Assembly (NCBI GenBank): GCA_964016885.1
Contig: CAXHJY010000892.1
Coordinates: 1 to 64,000, forward strand
Source: Eledone cirrhosa
Lineage: Eukaryota
Direction of reading: 5' to 3'
DNA: 64,000 bases
Shown: one piece after another, positions 11,602 through 25,410 of the stretch
How the letters are laid out: each line of letters opens with the position of its first letter
How positions within the stretch are numbered: the first letter of the stretch is position 1
Notes under the pieces: model-generated
Database searches by the model: none
Seen by the model: the letters and a program-made list of their open reading frames with translations, nothing else
What the model was told of the DNA's origin: nothing
Translations under genes and position numbers: made by a program

Positions 11602-14540
11602 TTACCCCAATCGGGGTTGCCAAACGAACTTAAAGATAGGTTTTACGAGTCGCTAATGCACACTACTGCTCTAACAAACGACAATGACTTCCTAATCATT
11701 GCAGAAAATTTTAACGGACATGTAGGTAAACACCATGACAGCTTCTATTGAGGCCATGGGGTTGGCACAAGAAATGAAGAAGGCTTCTAGAATTCTGGGA
11801 CGCCAATGACATGTCGATATGTAACACATACTTTAAAAAACCCGACAACCACCTGATCACCTATAGATCAGAGGAGCATTCTAGTCAGATCGATTTTTAT
11901 CCTCATCAGAGGACGTGACAGATAGACGGTCGTAAACACAAAAGCCTTCCCTAGTGTGGAATGTACCTTCCAACATAACTTAGTTGTCAGCGACCTCACG
12001 GTCAGAACTAGGCGAACCTGGAAACAGAAGCCAACCTGGAGAAGAAAGATTGGAAGCTGAAAGACCCCTCAGTCAGTAACAGATTTAAAGATATTTTAGT
12101 CAACGCCCATGACAGTAAAGAAGAACAGATACAGACATTCAATGTAGAAGAGCACTGGGAGTTCCTAAAAAATAACTTACTAAAGGTGACGGATGAGATC
12201 TGTGGCTGGAGTAAGACCTCCGGCAGGAGGAGAGTGACTTGTTGGTAGAACAATAAGGTAGATGAGGCAGTTAGGCCAAGAGACAGGCATGAATAGAATG
12301 GAAGAATGGGGGAAGCAGGGTACGTTACATAGAGACCAGGAGGGAAGCTAGGTGACAAGTATACTTAGCTAGGAGGGAAGCAGAGGATAGAAAATTCAAG
12401 CATGTCTTGCAACGTGAGGACCAGAAACAGGTGTTCAAGATTGCGAGGCAGTGTCTCAGAGAGAATTCTGGTGTCATTAGAGAGAAGTGTATCCAGAATG
12501 ATAAAGATGAGCTTGTCCTCATAAGTGCTGAGAAGAAGGATGCATGGTAGAGCCATTATGAAAGATTACTAAAAGAGGAGAATGCATGGGAAGAAGCGAC
12601 CCTACCCCAAGTAAACACTATAGAGAGGCCAGCAGTACAAGTCAGCAGCAGTGTAGTAAGTAAAGCAAATATGAGATATGAAGACTGGGAAGGCATCTGG
12701 TCCATTGGGTATGGGCTGCCGAGATGCTGAAGGCATCTGGGTCGGTAGGTCACACCATAACTACACGTATTGTTAACCAGGTAATACTAGAGGGTCTCAT
12801 ACCAAAGGATTGGTGTAGCAGCATCGTCAACTGCTACAAGGGTAAAGGTGATGTACTAGATAGAGGAAACTATAGAGGTATAAAACTGATGGTCCAGGTC
12901 ATGAAAGTAACAGAATAGCACAATTGATTAGGGACCGGGTGAAACTAGATGAGATGCAATTTGGGTTTGTGCCAGGAAAAGGCACCACTGATGCCCTCTT
13001 CCTTGTGAGGCAGTTACAGGAAAAGTACCTAGCTAAAAGTAAGCTGCTCTACTTGGCATTCGTCGATCTGGAGAAAGCCTTTGACAGAATTCCCCGTGCT
13101 ATAATCTGATGGGCTCTTAGAAAACTAGGAGTAGATGAATGGCTTGTGAAAGCTGTACAAGCCATGTATAAGGGGAGTAGTCAGAAAAGTTAGGATTAGC
13201 AATGACTATACCGAATTTAGCATACAAGTCGGTGTCCACCAGGGCTCTGTTCTTAGCCCTCTCCTGTTCATCATAGTTCTGCAGGCAATAACGGAGGAGT
13301 TTAAGACCGGATGCCCATGGGAACTCCTGTATGCAGATGACCTTGCACTTATAGCTGAATCTATGGTAGAACTAGAGAAGAAAGGGTCTTAAAGTTAACC
13401 AGACAAAGACTAAGGTCCTTGTAAGTAGACGAGAAAACAATCAGGGAAATGGCCTTGCTCAGTATGTAGGAAAGGTGTAGTTAGGAACTCCATACTCTTC
13501 CCCAAATGCAAACAATGGGTACACAAGAGATGTAGCGGGATCTCAGGAAGCTTAACTAAGAATGTAGGCTTCACATGTAGCAGCTCTGCTGGGACAGTAA
13601 GTAGCAAACAGCCACAGGAAACAAGTACCACCAGACTCTGAGAGGGCTCTGTTGAAACAGGAGACAGCTTCTGCTACCTAAGTGACCGAATTAGCAGCGG
13701 AGGTGGGTGTTCGGAAAGTACAATAACTAGGGTAAGAACGGGAGCTACTTCCACTGCTAGCTGCAAAAGGCTTTACCCTCAAAATGAAAGGCAGACTGTA
13801 TGATGCGTGTATACGAACATCAATGTTACATGGTAGTGAGACCTGGGTGCTGGCTATAGAAGGCTTGCGTAGATTAGAAAAAAATGAAGCCTGCATGCTC
13901 CGATGGATGTGTAATAGTAATATACGCGAATGGCAAAACATAAATGAATAGAGAGAGAGACTGAGCATAAGAGGAATCAAATGCTGTGTGCAGGAGAGGC
14001 GGTTGCGTTGGTATGGACATGTGATGCGTATGAAGGATGACAGCTGCATAAAAAGGTGCAGAGCACTAGAAGTTGATGGAAACCGCGGAGTGGGGAGACC
14101 CAAGATACCTGGGATGAGGTGATAAAAGCCGACCATACCCAATTACACCTCTCAAAGGCGATAACACACGACCGTGACCTCTGGCGTCATGCAGTAATAC
14201 AGAAGACCCCCCCCCCCCCATGGGTACAAGCTGAAGCATATTGACAATATGCCCCCATACCCTCTCACTGCAAAGTGGTCGTGGAGGTGACATGGCAAAA
14301 AAGTACCCAGCCCACACTAATGTGGACGTGTAGGCACCACGGAAAAAAGCACCCAGCACTCACTGTAAATGAGGTTGGTGTTAGGAAGGACATCTAGCTG
14401 TAGAAATCAAGCCAGAATCAGTTCCCGTATGAGCAAGACAAGGTCAGCCGACCGGCTACTGCGCACAACAGGACAACCCGTCTAACCCATGCTAGAGTGG
14501 AAGAACGGACGTAAAACAGTGATAATAATGATGATGATGA
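11602..14540 (+). mobile_element. RTE-clade LINE (family C), decayed, EN to 3' tail
   Basis: Fragment ORFs NCYKGKGD..NYRGIKL and QFGFVPGKGTTDA..DLEKAFD; 3' UTR ending CGGACGTAAAA..(GAT)n. Confidence 0.92.
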
Positions 14541-15259
14541 TATTTATTTATACATATATAGTAGTACAGTTGGGTATAAACATAGACCAAAACAACTGCA
14601 CATGACCATTAATTAGCATTGTTAAAGTAAAGTATGTGGAGTGGTTTGTTTTAAGAATTGTCATTAGAACTAGTTCCATTCAGTGTTTCACAAGTGTTCT
14701 CGTGTCATTCCTAGACAGACTGTCTCATGTACAGGAAGGAACAGATAAAGTAGACTTCTTTTTACTTGTCATGCTAACAACGATTTCACAGTTTGTTATA
14801 TTATAGATTTCATGTCTCCACATATTTTCTTCCCCAATAAATCACTCATTCATGCTTTGTTTGTCTCTCTCTGTTATCTGTCTCTGTTTCTCTCTCTCTC
14901 ATTCTTTCTCCCTCTCTCTCTCTCATTCTTTCTCCCTACTTAGTTTTATGGTAAGCTGGTATGAAAATAGAGTTGTACTTCTCTAGCAAGTGACTTGATC
15001 TGAGACCATGTGTGCAATTACACTGTTGTCGTTTTAGCCATTCAAAAACTGATCACTTCACTTAACATTTCTCATTTATTTCTTGGTAGTACACTCTGGA
15101 TGTGTGTACATCTTTCCATGCTGACATTTGTGTAAGGAAGGAAGAATGAGGGATGTGAATCAGGGGTAGGAGGAGATTATGTGGCAGATTAAATAGTGAA
15201 GGAGAGTGCATGGGGACCTAAAAATGTTACACATCTCTGTTTTAACTCACTTCTGTGGG

Positions 15260-16380
15260 AAGGCAAGTCTTCTGTAGTACAGTGTATTGCCAGTGAACTC
15301 ACCTTTATGAGGTTCAGCTGTTATCACACTATCCTTAGTTTTCCTGGGTCTATCATTTCTTCAGTTTCCATCAACTTTGAATGTTCTGCACATTTTAAAT
15401 ACAGCTTTCATCCTTCATACACATCACATGTCCATACCAGCACAATCTTCTCTCTTATACACTACATCTAATCCCTCTTATGCTCAACTTTTCTTTCAGT
15501 TTGTTGATGATTTGTCTTTTATTCACACTGCTATTACACATCTTCGCAGATCTTCTGCATTAAAGGTCCCAGTCTCATTTCCATGCAGCATCACAGTTCT
15601 CATACTGACATTATACAATCTGTTTTTTGTTCTTAAAGAGAAAACCTTTGTAGCCAACATTGGTAGTAGCTCCCTGAGCTTTTTCTACCTGCTTCTCACT
15701 GTAGCTACTGTACTTTTGGAACATTCATCCCACTGTTAATTAAGTCATCTAGGTAGCAAAAGCTATCAGTCACCTGTAAGGAGCCATCTGAGCATTTAAT
15801 AGTGACTGTTTCATATGAGTGCTTGCTGCTTACCATTCTTGTGCATTTGTCACATACATAGCCTATATTCTTTAACTGGCCCAAGATCCTACTACATCTC
15901 TTGTGTGCCCATAGTTTAAATTTTATACATTGTATGGAATTTCTACCAGTTTCTTCTGTTTTGCATATTGAGTAAGGCTCCTAGAATTCTGTGTTGCAAA
16001 TGAACTAACATGCCACCTGATCACCTACCAATCAGGTGAACACAAGCCAGAAGACTTTTTATTTATTAAGAAACGAAATAGACAGATGTTTATATATGTT
16101 GTTTTTCTCTGGAGAACGATGTACTACCCAATATAAGCTAATTATTAATGACTTTAGAATAAGTACAAGACATAACAAGAAATTCAGGAAAATCTGAATG
16201 AAGAGACTAGGGAGGCTAAAACTTCTTTCTGTTAAATACAGGTTCAGGAAAGCACTATGTGATGTATATTGAAGATCTGCAATAAACCAAGAAAGACTAA
16301 GTAACCTAGAAATACTTTCAATTGAGATTACAATGGATATTTCAATACTGTTATTGAAAAATTGGTACAAAGTAAAACCA
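15260..16380. mobile_element. Old RTE fragments: RT C-terminus on - (15260-15975) joined to EN fragment on + (15978-16380)
   Basis: Nucleotide similarity to the younger RTE copies in this window. Confidence 0.7.
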
Positions 16381-17065
16381 GGCAATTTAAAATAAATTTG
16401 AGTATACTAGTATTAAATAGATTTTACTTTAATTACATTTGTAGTTTCTTAAAATACAAGTGCTTAGAGGGTGTGGGGTTCAAAGCTGGACTGGTGAAAG
16501 AGACTCAGGAAGTTGTTGACAGTCAATGGGTTAGGGTCACAGTACTTGTTTTGCTCCAGGCACTGGCAACCTACACAACACCACTGCTACTCAGTACACC
16601 TTGTTTCATTGTTGCTCCAACAACATCATTGCTAGAATTAATTACAAACTTAATAGACTTTGGACAGATTAAAATAAAATAAAAAGAGAGAGAATTGATG
16701 AAAACTGTGGAGAGAAGTTATTGATAAAGCCATCAAGAAAGTTCCATGTAACACATACTGTGTTGCCAGGTGTAGTCAATGGATGCAGCTGCAAATGATT
16801 GCATAACACATCAAGATAAAGTTTGTTGGTTAGTTGGTTTATTCTGTAAAGGTGTAATCATCATGGAGCAGGTAATTCTATTTGCTTGTTAACTGAAGTA
16901 ATTACATTTAATGAGGTAGATATTCACACACACACATTTTTGATTAACACAAACACACCTATATACCTCCATGCATCCACGCTACTACATCTTCACCATA
17001 CCTCTACATCACCACCACCACCACACCTATACATTTATCTTATCAATTATTTTATATGAGTTTGT

Positions 17066-17105
<40 letters not shown>

Positions 17106-17106
<1 letters not shown>

Positions 17107-17987
17107 TAGCAGTGGTACCCGGCGTTGCATGGGATAAGGTATTTTGGAATGCGGGCCGCCAATAGACCTAAAAACTGCATACCTGGACAATAAGTAAGGA
17201 AAATAAACCGAATACTCTGCTGGCTGGATAATCTTTAAGATTTTCCTCGATGAAGCAGGAAAAATGCAGGTTTTCACCTAATGCGGGCCCTAGGGGATCA
17301 AGAAAATGATTTTTTTTTTATGTGCATAATATGCCTTGAAATTTCGGGAAAATCGGCTAGACGTAGCGCCTCCAAAAAGCCCTAAGAAGCTGAAAAAATG
17401 AAGTTTTTCACCTAATGCGGGCCCTAGGCCATAAGAAAGTTGGATTTTCTTTGCTTACGGTATGAAGAAGAGACTGACTAATGCATAGTTACAATTTCAA
17501 GGAAATCGGCCTGATGTAACGCCTCAAAAAAACCCTAAAAATGTTAAACAACGCAGTTTTTCACCTAATTAGATGAAAAAAGTTGAAATTGTTTATGTGC
17601 ATAACACTCCCTGAAACATAAGTAATACACATGTAAAGTTGGAAAAAAATCGGTTACTTCTCGAGTTTTAGGGATTCAAACTCACACACATACCCCCTCA
17701 AGGAAGTGACGTAATGCAGACATACAGACAGATATTATAAGGGCGCGACGTTATAAGTATGTATCTATCTAAAAAGAGAAAGACTAAGAATTATAGAGCG
17801 AGATCGCTAACTCGCCTAATGGGGTCCCTGGGGCATAGAAAATTTGAAATTTCTTTTGTTCAAAACACTCCCTGAAACATAAGTATTACATGTGTAAAGT
17901 TTGAAAACAGTCGGTTGGGTGGTTCTCGAGTTTTAGGGATTCGAACTCACACACACAGACCGACATCCTCAGTTTTATATATATAGA
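17106..17987 (-). mobile_element. Non-autonomous Helitron
   Basis: Minus strand starts TCTATATATATAAAA and ends with hairpin CCC.GCAACGC.CGGG then CTAG; sits in an A^T site; internal sub-repeats TTTTCACCTAATGCGGGCCCTAGG. Confidence 0.8.
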
Positions 17988-18036
17988 TATCAAAATAAAG
18001 ATCCGAAGGCATGGTATAAATTTCCAATCATTTTAA

Positions 18037-18110
18037 TCACGACATATGTTTCAATAAGAGATAGATCGATCGTGTGGCCATGATCGATTATCACTGATCT
18101 CGTCGGGTGA
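18037..18110 (-). ncRNA. Hammerhead motif in the inverted pLTR (core CCGACGA)
   Basis: tcac-CCGACGA-stem II-GAAA-catatg-TC-gtga. Confidence 0.7.
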
Positions 18111-18309
18111 AAATCAATTATAGTAGACTTAGGACAGCCCAAGGCGGGATGAGACATGGCAAAACTAATGGCAGCTCTATGAATGAACGGACTCGTACGT
18201 GTGAGGCGAGTCGGGTCACCCCAACCCCTGGGAACTTACCCATAGAGCAGACAAGAACTGAGACCCGACACCAGAGGTACCGTGGTTCCTCTGGAACTAC
18301 CCAGGTCGA

Positions 18310-18934
18310 TAACAGAAAATGTAATTGCAGGAACACCGCCACTTGCCCCATGGCTGGGAAATGCCTCACCAAAAACATAGCCTACGACTGTAAGGTCTCC
18401 ACTCCTGATAGAACCTTTAGGTATGTTGGGGCAACTGCCACGGAATTTAAGGATAGATGGTATAATCACCGCCATACCTTTAATAGATTAGATTAAAAAA
18501 ATAGCATTTTTACAAAAAACTGATGTCTATACATGCATTATGTAAGAGAAGGAATTTTTTAATTTCCATTTTTTTAATGTATAGAAGGTCATGTGTGTGT
18601 GCTTGTGTACTTGACTCCCCACACACATATGTGTGTGTGTTTGTGTGTCTGTGTGTGCACACTCAGCACTACACATGTGTGTTTGTCCAGCTACCAAATG
18701 CTTTCTGAATTAGTCTGGAAGCTTAAACAACAGAATATAGAGCACTCCTTATCCTGGTCCATAATTTGCTCAGCCCTGCCATATAACGGCAGCACGGGAA
18801 CCTGTAATTTATGTATAGCTGAAACCTTTAATATTATTAGAGGCAGCCCCTTATTAATCAATAGGAGAGCGGAATTTTTCAGCAACTGCCAACATAGAAC
18901 CTCGAAAACTTTCCGCAGGATTTTTGGAAAGTAA
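18310..18934 (+). pseudogene. Penelope-type GIY-YIG endonuclease (probably Naiad-like), split by an insertion of about 190 bp
   Basis: CNCR..CPMAGKCL..NIAY..YVG.T..FKDRWYNH then LSELVWKLK..W.I..Y..CNLC..E..LINRRAE..CQH. Confidence 0.85.
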
Positions 18935-19184
18935 CCTACCACTAACTCCTCCCTTTTTACCTTAGCCATAGAGTTCTCTTAATTAGCAAAAAACAGACAA
19001 TCACACACTCAGGTAGTAGACAGCTAAGATCGTTTGCGCACTTACAAACGGTACTTGGTTTGTTTCCACAGAGTTCTCACAGCTGAGTGCACATTTACCA
19101 CTACTTTAGAATACCTAGTTAGTAAATAGTTAGAATGATTACACACTCAGTTAAGACCGATTACGCGCATTCACTATTACTTTA

Positions 19185-19359
19185 ATCAGTATCGGTAGAG
19201 GGTCGGACGCCATGCTTTCCAGCATAGTTACGTCCCTTTACGTACTGAGTTCAAATCCCGTCGAGGTTAACTTTGCCTTTCATCCTTATGGGGTCAATAA
19301 AATAAAGTACCAGTAATACACTGGGATAATTGCTGGCCTTGTGTCAAAAGAAGAAACAG
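19185..19359 (+). mobile_element. SINE family 1 inserted in the Penelope 3' UTR
   Basis: B-box and core; target duplication CTATTACTTTA at 19174 and 19360. Confidence 0.88.
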
Positions 19360-20069
19360 CTATTACTTTAGAATACCCTAACCATTGAGTTCTCTCGGTT
19401 AGTAAATAGACGTATTACACACAGTACCCGGTTTCTTTACACACAGAGTTCCCACAGTTATGACTGGTCACGATCCTATCAATTGAACACTACACTAGGT
19501 TTTGATCCGTGATCATCTAACCATGGAGTGCTCAGGGTTAGTGATTGGACAATATTACTTACACACCATTAATGGGCTTACACACATCCTCGGGGTTTTG
19601 CTATTCTTTTTTATTTTATTTTTATTTCTGTGTTGGGTAACACACCTCCATCACTGAAACACCTATCTTAAAAGCCCAAGGGCCCATACGATGGGAAAAC
19701 GCACATACTGATGACACCTTAACTCAAATACCCAACTCTACACAGAGCCCCTTGGTGGACTACATGGCGGTTGCTTGCACGCACAGAATTGGGGACCCAG
19801 ATTCTCAATGGGACAACGGCACATACTGAGTTTGATATGAGCTGACACTTGCTCTTCACATGGATGTGTATATACCAAAACATACACTTTTTAGACGATA
19901 CGGATGTGTATATACCAAAACATACACTATTTAGAAGATATGGATGTTACAATTCAATCGATACACGTATAGCAGAACGTTGAACTGAATTTACTTGCGT
20001 GTGTATAGGGTTGCGGTTGACCCAATTTTTCCAATTTACATCGTCAAATTGAGATTTGACCAATATAAC

Positions 20070-20353
20070 ATTTGTTGTTTTGTAAACTAACTTTCTTTGA
20101 CCTCGCGTTGGTGTGAGTGTGTGTGTACTCACACTAACTGTGACCGCCTGTAATTCTACACATTTGATGTTGAGATTAGACCCGTCCAGCAACTTTTACA
20201 GCTATTGAGAGATTTGTTGTTTTGTAAACTAACTTTCTTTGACCTCGCGTTGGTGTGAGTGTGTGTGTACTCACACTAACTGTGACCGCCTGTAATTCTA
20301 CACATTTGATGTTGAGATTAGACCCGTCCAGCAACTTTTACAGCTATTGAGAG
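20070..20353. repeat. Perfect 142-bp tandem duplication
   Basis: 20070-20211 equals 20212-20353. Confidence 0.9.
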
Positions 20354-20501
20354 ATAGACTTGATAGTTTTATGACCCTAACTGAGGACGATAGCAGTCGG
20401 CGTGTTTTGGTTGCTTAATCTTCATATGGGGGAAAAAACTCTAGTGAGTGAACATCGTTAAATTTTCTCCCTCATATCAAGGATTTGAAGACAATTCATT
20501 T

Positions 20502-20575
20502 TCACCTGACGAGATCAGTGATAATCGATCATGGCCACACGATCGATCTATCTCTTATTGAAACATGTGTCCTGA
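20502..20575 (+). ncRNA. Type I hammerhead ribozyme in the 3' pLTR
   Basis: tcac-CTGACGA-gat..atcgatc..gatcgat..-GAAA-catgtg-TC-ctga. Confidence 0.78.
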
Positions 20576-20992
20576 TTAAAATGATTGGAAATTTATACCA
20601 TGCCTTCGGATCTTTATTTTGATACAAATACCCCGTTTTACATCATCTAGCTGTTCCCATAAATGGAATTGGAGATATACAAAAGCGTGGAGAACTTAAT
20701 ATTGCTAACAAAAGTTTATTGGACCGTATGACAACCAATAATACACCTTACTATATATATATATACGGAATAGATGCTCTGAAATAGATATATATATATA
20801 TATATATGAAAGTACGTATGGTATATTTGATAATTAGTGAATGTTTATTCTAAAACATTTTGAAGACCATTCGCTATGAATTGCAGGGCTGGCAACTGCT
20901 TTGTTTAATCACCTCTTAAACATAACTGTAATTCTATAAGAATCCAGCTTCTATAACTATACTCATATATAACTACATTCATTCATTCATTC

Positions 20993-20994
<2 letters not shown>

Positions 20995-21023
<29 letters not shown>

Positions 21024-21184
21024 TGTATGTATGTATGTATGTATGTATGTATGTATGTATGTATGTATGTATGTATGTATGTATGTATGTATGTATGTAT
21101 GTATGTATGTATGTATGTATGTATGTATGTATGTATGTATGTATGTATGTATGTATGTATGTATGTATGTATGTATGTATGTAT
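20995..21184. repeat. (ATGT)n microsatellite
   Basis: Directly visible. Confidence 0.97.
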
Positions 21185-21275
21185 TCCCAGTGAATGTTTT
21201 GGTTGCCGGCTCTGTGCAAGACATTTTAGATCATTGGCTGGGCTAAAAAGCCACATTCGATCGCAACGCTGTTAG
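21185..21275 (+). mobile_element. 3' tip of an RTE/BovB-type LINE (C-terminal zinc finger)
   Basis: FGCRLCARHFRSLAGLKSHIR-stop, no flanking exon context. Confidence 0.5.
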
Positions 21276-21456
21276 TTGCTATTGTGTAGGTGTGTGTGTG
21301 TATATATATGTATATTATTATTGTTGTTGTTGTCGTTCTTATTATAGTTGTTATATATTAATAATAATAATAATATGTATATATATATTTTTTTTTTCGT
21401 GCAATGGCCATACTCGATAACGAGGGGGCAGCCATCATTATGTATGTATGTATGTA

Positions 21457-21616
21457 TCATCATCACCCTCCTCGTTTAACGTCCACTTTCAACGCTAACA
21501 TGGGTTAGACGGGAATTGTCCCACTTGAGGCAAGGTTGGTCGGGTGACCGTGTCTCGCTCATATAGGACTATCTGGCAGGTTTTCTACGGCTGGATGCCC
21601 TTCCTAACACCAACCC
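21457..21616 (-). mobile_element. RTE 3'-UTR retrocopy
   Basis: Matches 51277-51437. Confidence 0.85.
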
Positions 21617-21825
21617 TACATGTATGTATGTTCTTATGGTTTTATAATTTCATAAAGTTTTACCAATAGAGAGAGAGTCGGTTTCTAACATAGACACACG
21701 ACTCTCTCATTGGAATTTACACAACATCAACTAGGTAGGTATGTATGCATGCATGCATGTGTAGATATGGATGTTATTGTATGTGTGGATGTGTATGTTT
21801 TGAGTTGTATGTGTATATGCAGTTA

Positions 21826-24800
21826 TTAGATGCAACATTTTTGGAATGTTTTACATATTTTTACTGTTCCATTAATGGATTGTACTTGTAATTTCCTAAC
21901 TAGTTGTGGTTTTTCTGTTCCTGTGAAGCCTAGCTTCTCAAGATTTGTATTGAGGCAGTTACTAACATATCCCAGTGCCCCAATAATCACAGGCATAAAT
22001 CTGAAGGTGTAATCAGGGTGGAGTATCTGCAGATTTCTCATCAGTTCTGCATAAATATTCTCCTGTTCACTAATCTTTGATATTATATTGGCATCTGCTG
22101 GGCAGCTAATTTCCACTACTGTGCATGTTTTCTTCTCCCTGTCCCATATCATATCTGGTCTGTTATGCCTGCATTTTATTGGGGTTTTTACTGGAACATT
22201 CTCTTTCATATTATGTACATGGATGTCTTCCACATTGTTGTAGCTTTTAATGTGTTTATCATCGGGGCTATCTTTTTTACGAACTGCATTGTACAGGGTT
22301 TTGGCCACTACATCATGCCTCATAGGTAGATAGTACCGCGATGACATCTTTGGACAGCTGCTGATGACATGGGTGATATCCTTGATGTTAGTTCTGCAGA
22401 GTCTGCACTTGTTATCACATCTAGGTGTTTTGCCTGCATCCCTATCTCTTTTGTGAATCAGGTATTTCGTGCTAATCTCCTGTTCCTGGATTGTAAAAGC
22501 GTATCCTTCAAAGTGGGAGCCAATATAGCGGTTGTTGGTCCAAGATAGACTACTTTCCTTATCTATATTACTCTCACTCTGGAGCTTCCTGGCAACATAT
22601 CCATGCATGAATTTTTGCTGATAGGCAGGCAGTTTTTTATCCATGGATTCACTGCGATACTGCTGAGCGACATCCCTGGGTGTGAGTTTTTGATTATCAC
22701 ACAGGGAATATCTCTCAAGGAGTTCCTTCCCAACTCCCATGATCTTATCTGTTTCATGCAGATAGACTTGCTCGAGAAGCGGGCTCCTACGCTTCGAGGT
22801 TCGTAGATGTTGTCGGAGAGATATGATGCGACATTCAAATGGTGTCTGGACTGATGTTAGGCCTCTGTCTCCCTGCTTACATTTCAAGTAAAGGCGGTCT
22901 ATGTCACTGTTGATGTGGAAGTTTCCGGTGTTGTTCAGTATTTTTCGAGTTCCAACATCAACTGCTCGGATTTCGTCTATCGTCCAATTGAGTATTCCAA
23001 ACGTTGGTGTTAGGACAGGCACAGCAAACACATTGTGAGCCACTGTTTTGTTTTGCGCAGAGAGTTCCGATGACCAGATCTTTCTTAATCGGGTGTAGTA
23101 TTCTCTGGTTACGCGTTCTTTATTACAGATACCATTATAGGATATGTTCTCATCTATCCCCAGGTATCTGTAGCAGTCCTCATCAGATATCGGTGAAACA
23201 GTTAGACCATTGATGACAATGTTGCTAGATTGGGTTGTTGTTTTTACCCGCTTTACAGTCATGTATGAGCATTTATCTTGGCCAAACTCCATTCCTATAT
23301 CCTTTGAGTACGTTGTAACCAGGTCAAGATTTTTCTTCATCCCATCCATGTTCTTGGCATAGAGTTTCAGCTCGTCCACAAAGAAGTTATGGGTTAGGTT
23401 CGTATTTCTGTCCTCCTGTGAGCCAATGATGTATCCCTCACATTTCTTGAGCAGAAAGGACAAGGGGTTTAATGACAAGATGAACAATATCACAGAGAGA
23501 CTGTGCCCCTGAAATATACCCCTGCAATATTTTATTTTATCAGTGAAAATAGAGTCCTCCCTCTCTGTCTTTAACCTTAGGATAGTAGCCCAAGAAGAAG
23601 ACAGCTTCTCTATGGCTCTGACAATAATGTCTGGGACTTTAGCAAGTTGGCGGGCCTCTATCATCCAAGAGTGGGGAACAGAATCGAAAGCTTTCCTGTA
23701 GTCCAGCCAGACTGTAGTCATATTCCTCCTAAGTTGTCGCACTTCCGACATCGCAGTTTTGTTGATTAGTTGTTCAGTACATCCCCAAACCCAAACCATT
23801 TTCTTTCCTGCTGCTTGTTCATCTGTGATGATGTTATTATTTTCACAGTGATCTTGGAGGAATAGGTTCAGGCAGGCTGTATACATCTTATACATCAGGT
23901 TCTGGCATGCAATGGGTCGGTAGTTTTTTGCCAAGTGGGTATCTTTGTTCTTGGGGACCAGTAATGTTTGTGCTAATGTCAACCATTCTGGTATAAGTGT
24001 ATCTCCCTTAAGAACTTGTTGGTAGAGGTCAGTAAGATACCTCCGATAAAATTAGTTTTTTGTACCAGTAGCCAATAATCATGTCTCTTCCTGGTGTTTT
24101 CTTATCTTCGAGTTTTCCTATCACAGTCTCAAGGGTACCCTCACTTATTTCGTATGTTTTTGTTGTAGTGTAGGAGCAATAGTTCTTTCGGATTTCCCTT
24201 AGCCACACTGGATCTTGGTTGAAATTCTTCTTTTCACCCTATATTTTTCTCCAAAAGGAATCTGTCTTTCTGGGATGGGACCTCAGTGACACTTATTATT
24301 TTGCCCTTCATATCTCTATAGACTGATGTTTGGTTTCGTCTGAATCTTTTATTAAGCATTTTTCTCTCGTCTACCGTCTTCGGGTATCAGCGTTTTTCGC
24401 TAACAGCTCTCAATTCTTATTTGAGGGTGATCAGCTTATATTGGAGAGTTCTGGTTCTATTGTTACCAAACATCGTCTCTATTTTATTTTTCACTCTTTC
24501 TTGGTGAGGAGTGAGGTTTTTTTGTGTTTGTTTGCATGTAAGGAGCATTGTCACATGTCCTGTTTTTTCGTAGGTCAGCACTCTTTTTTTCTATTTTAGT
24601 TATATACGATGATATTTTTGGTGGTGTTTTGTTCTTGTTAATATCTCTGCTATCACCAAGATAATGCTTCACTGTCATTGCTAAGGCATATAAACAGGCG
24701 TTGATTTGCCAAAATGTTGGGGTTTTTATCCGTCGTAAATATTCATCCCCTATTTCGTCAATAACACGTAGTATTTCATTATTTGGTTTTTTAATAAAGT

Positions 24801-25410
24801 ACCAGTAATACACTGAGTAATTGCTGGCCTTGTGCCTAAAGTAGAAACAATTATTTGTTTTTTTATTCACCATTGTCATTTTAACACGTTCAGCAAGAGA
24901 GATATTTATACATGAGTTAATTTTTCTCCGGAAGATTTCGTTGAGGGAAATTTTCAATTGTTTATACTTTTGATTATCATTATCGATAGTATTTTCCACA
25001 ACAGTCGAGGTAGACTCGGATGGTATACGTGGTGTCACATTTATTCGATTATTATTATTATTTCTTCGATTATTATTATTATCGATAGTGTTTTCCCCAG
25101 CATTCGAGGTAGACTTAGATGGTACAGGTGGTGTCAAGTTTCTTACAGGCATAGTTGTTTCAAGGCGCTGTTCGACCTGGCTGCTAGGAAGTCTAGTAGC
25201 ATGGCGATCTGTAGCACGTGTTGTTGATTCTATGTTTGTTGTGGGGAGCTTACAATTAATAATATTTATCTTATTTTTACGTTCAACAAACGTCGCTTGT
25301 TGGCGTAATTGTTTCGCTGTGAAATAATTTAGCTCTGGGTGCATTTCGTCCCAGTGTAGCTTCATTCTATTCACACCTGATGTTGGTGGCACTTCGTCTA
25401 CTACAGATGT
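21826..25410 (-). mobile_element. R4/Dong-like non-LTR retrotransposon with restriction-like endonuclease, near full length, decayed
   Basis: 718-aa ORF: NYRPIAC, WLDYRKAFDSVPH, GIFQG.SLS, FVDE (YxDD mutated), CCHC CRLC..THVISSC, RHD, RPD..VEIS; N-terminal ORF 24484-25467. Confidence 0.92.

Larger units (their letters stand above)
17988..20750 (+). mobile_element. Penelope-like element, 5'-truncated, with inverted pseudo-LTR copies (17988-18114 and 20498-20624)
   Basis: 127-bp inverted repeats with 3 mismatches, each holding a hammerhead; GIY-YIG endonuclease between them. Confidence 0.88.

Noticed and set aside
19708-19760. Hammerhead at CTGATGA
   Set aside because: No matching GAAA or stem III found downstream.
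20983-21275. HTYI/MYVC repeat ORFs and an apparent zinc-finger gene
   Set aside because: An (ATGT)n array plus the single C-terminal finger typical of RTE/BovB ends.
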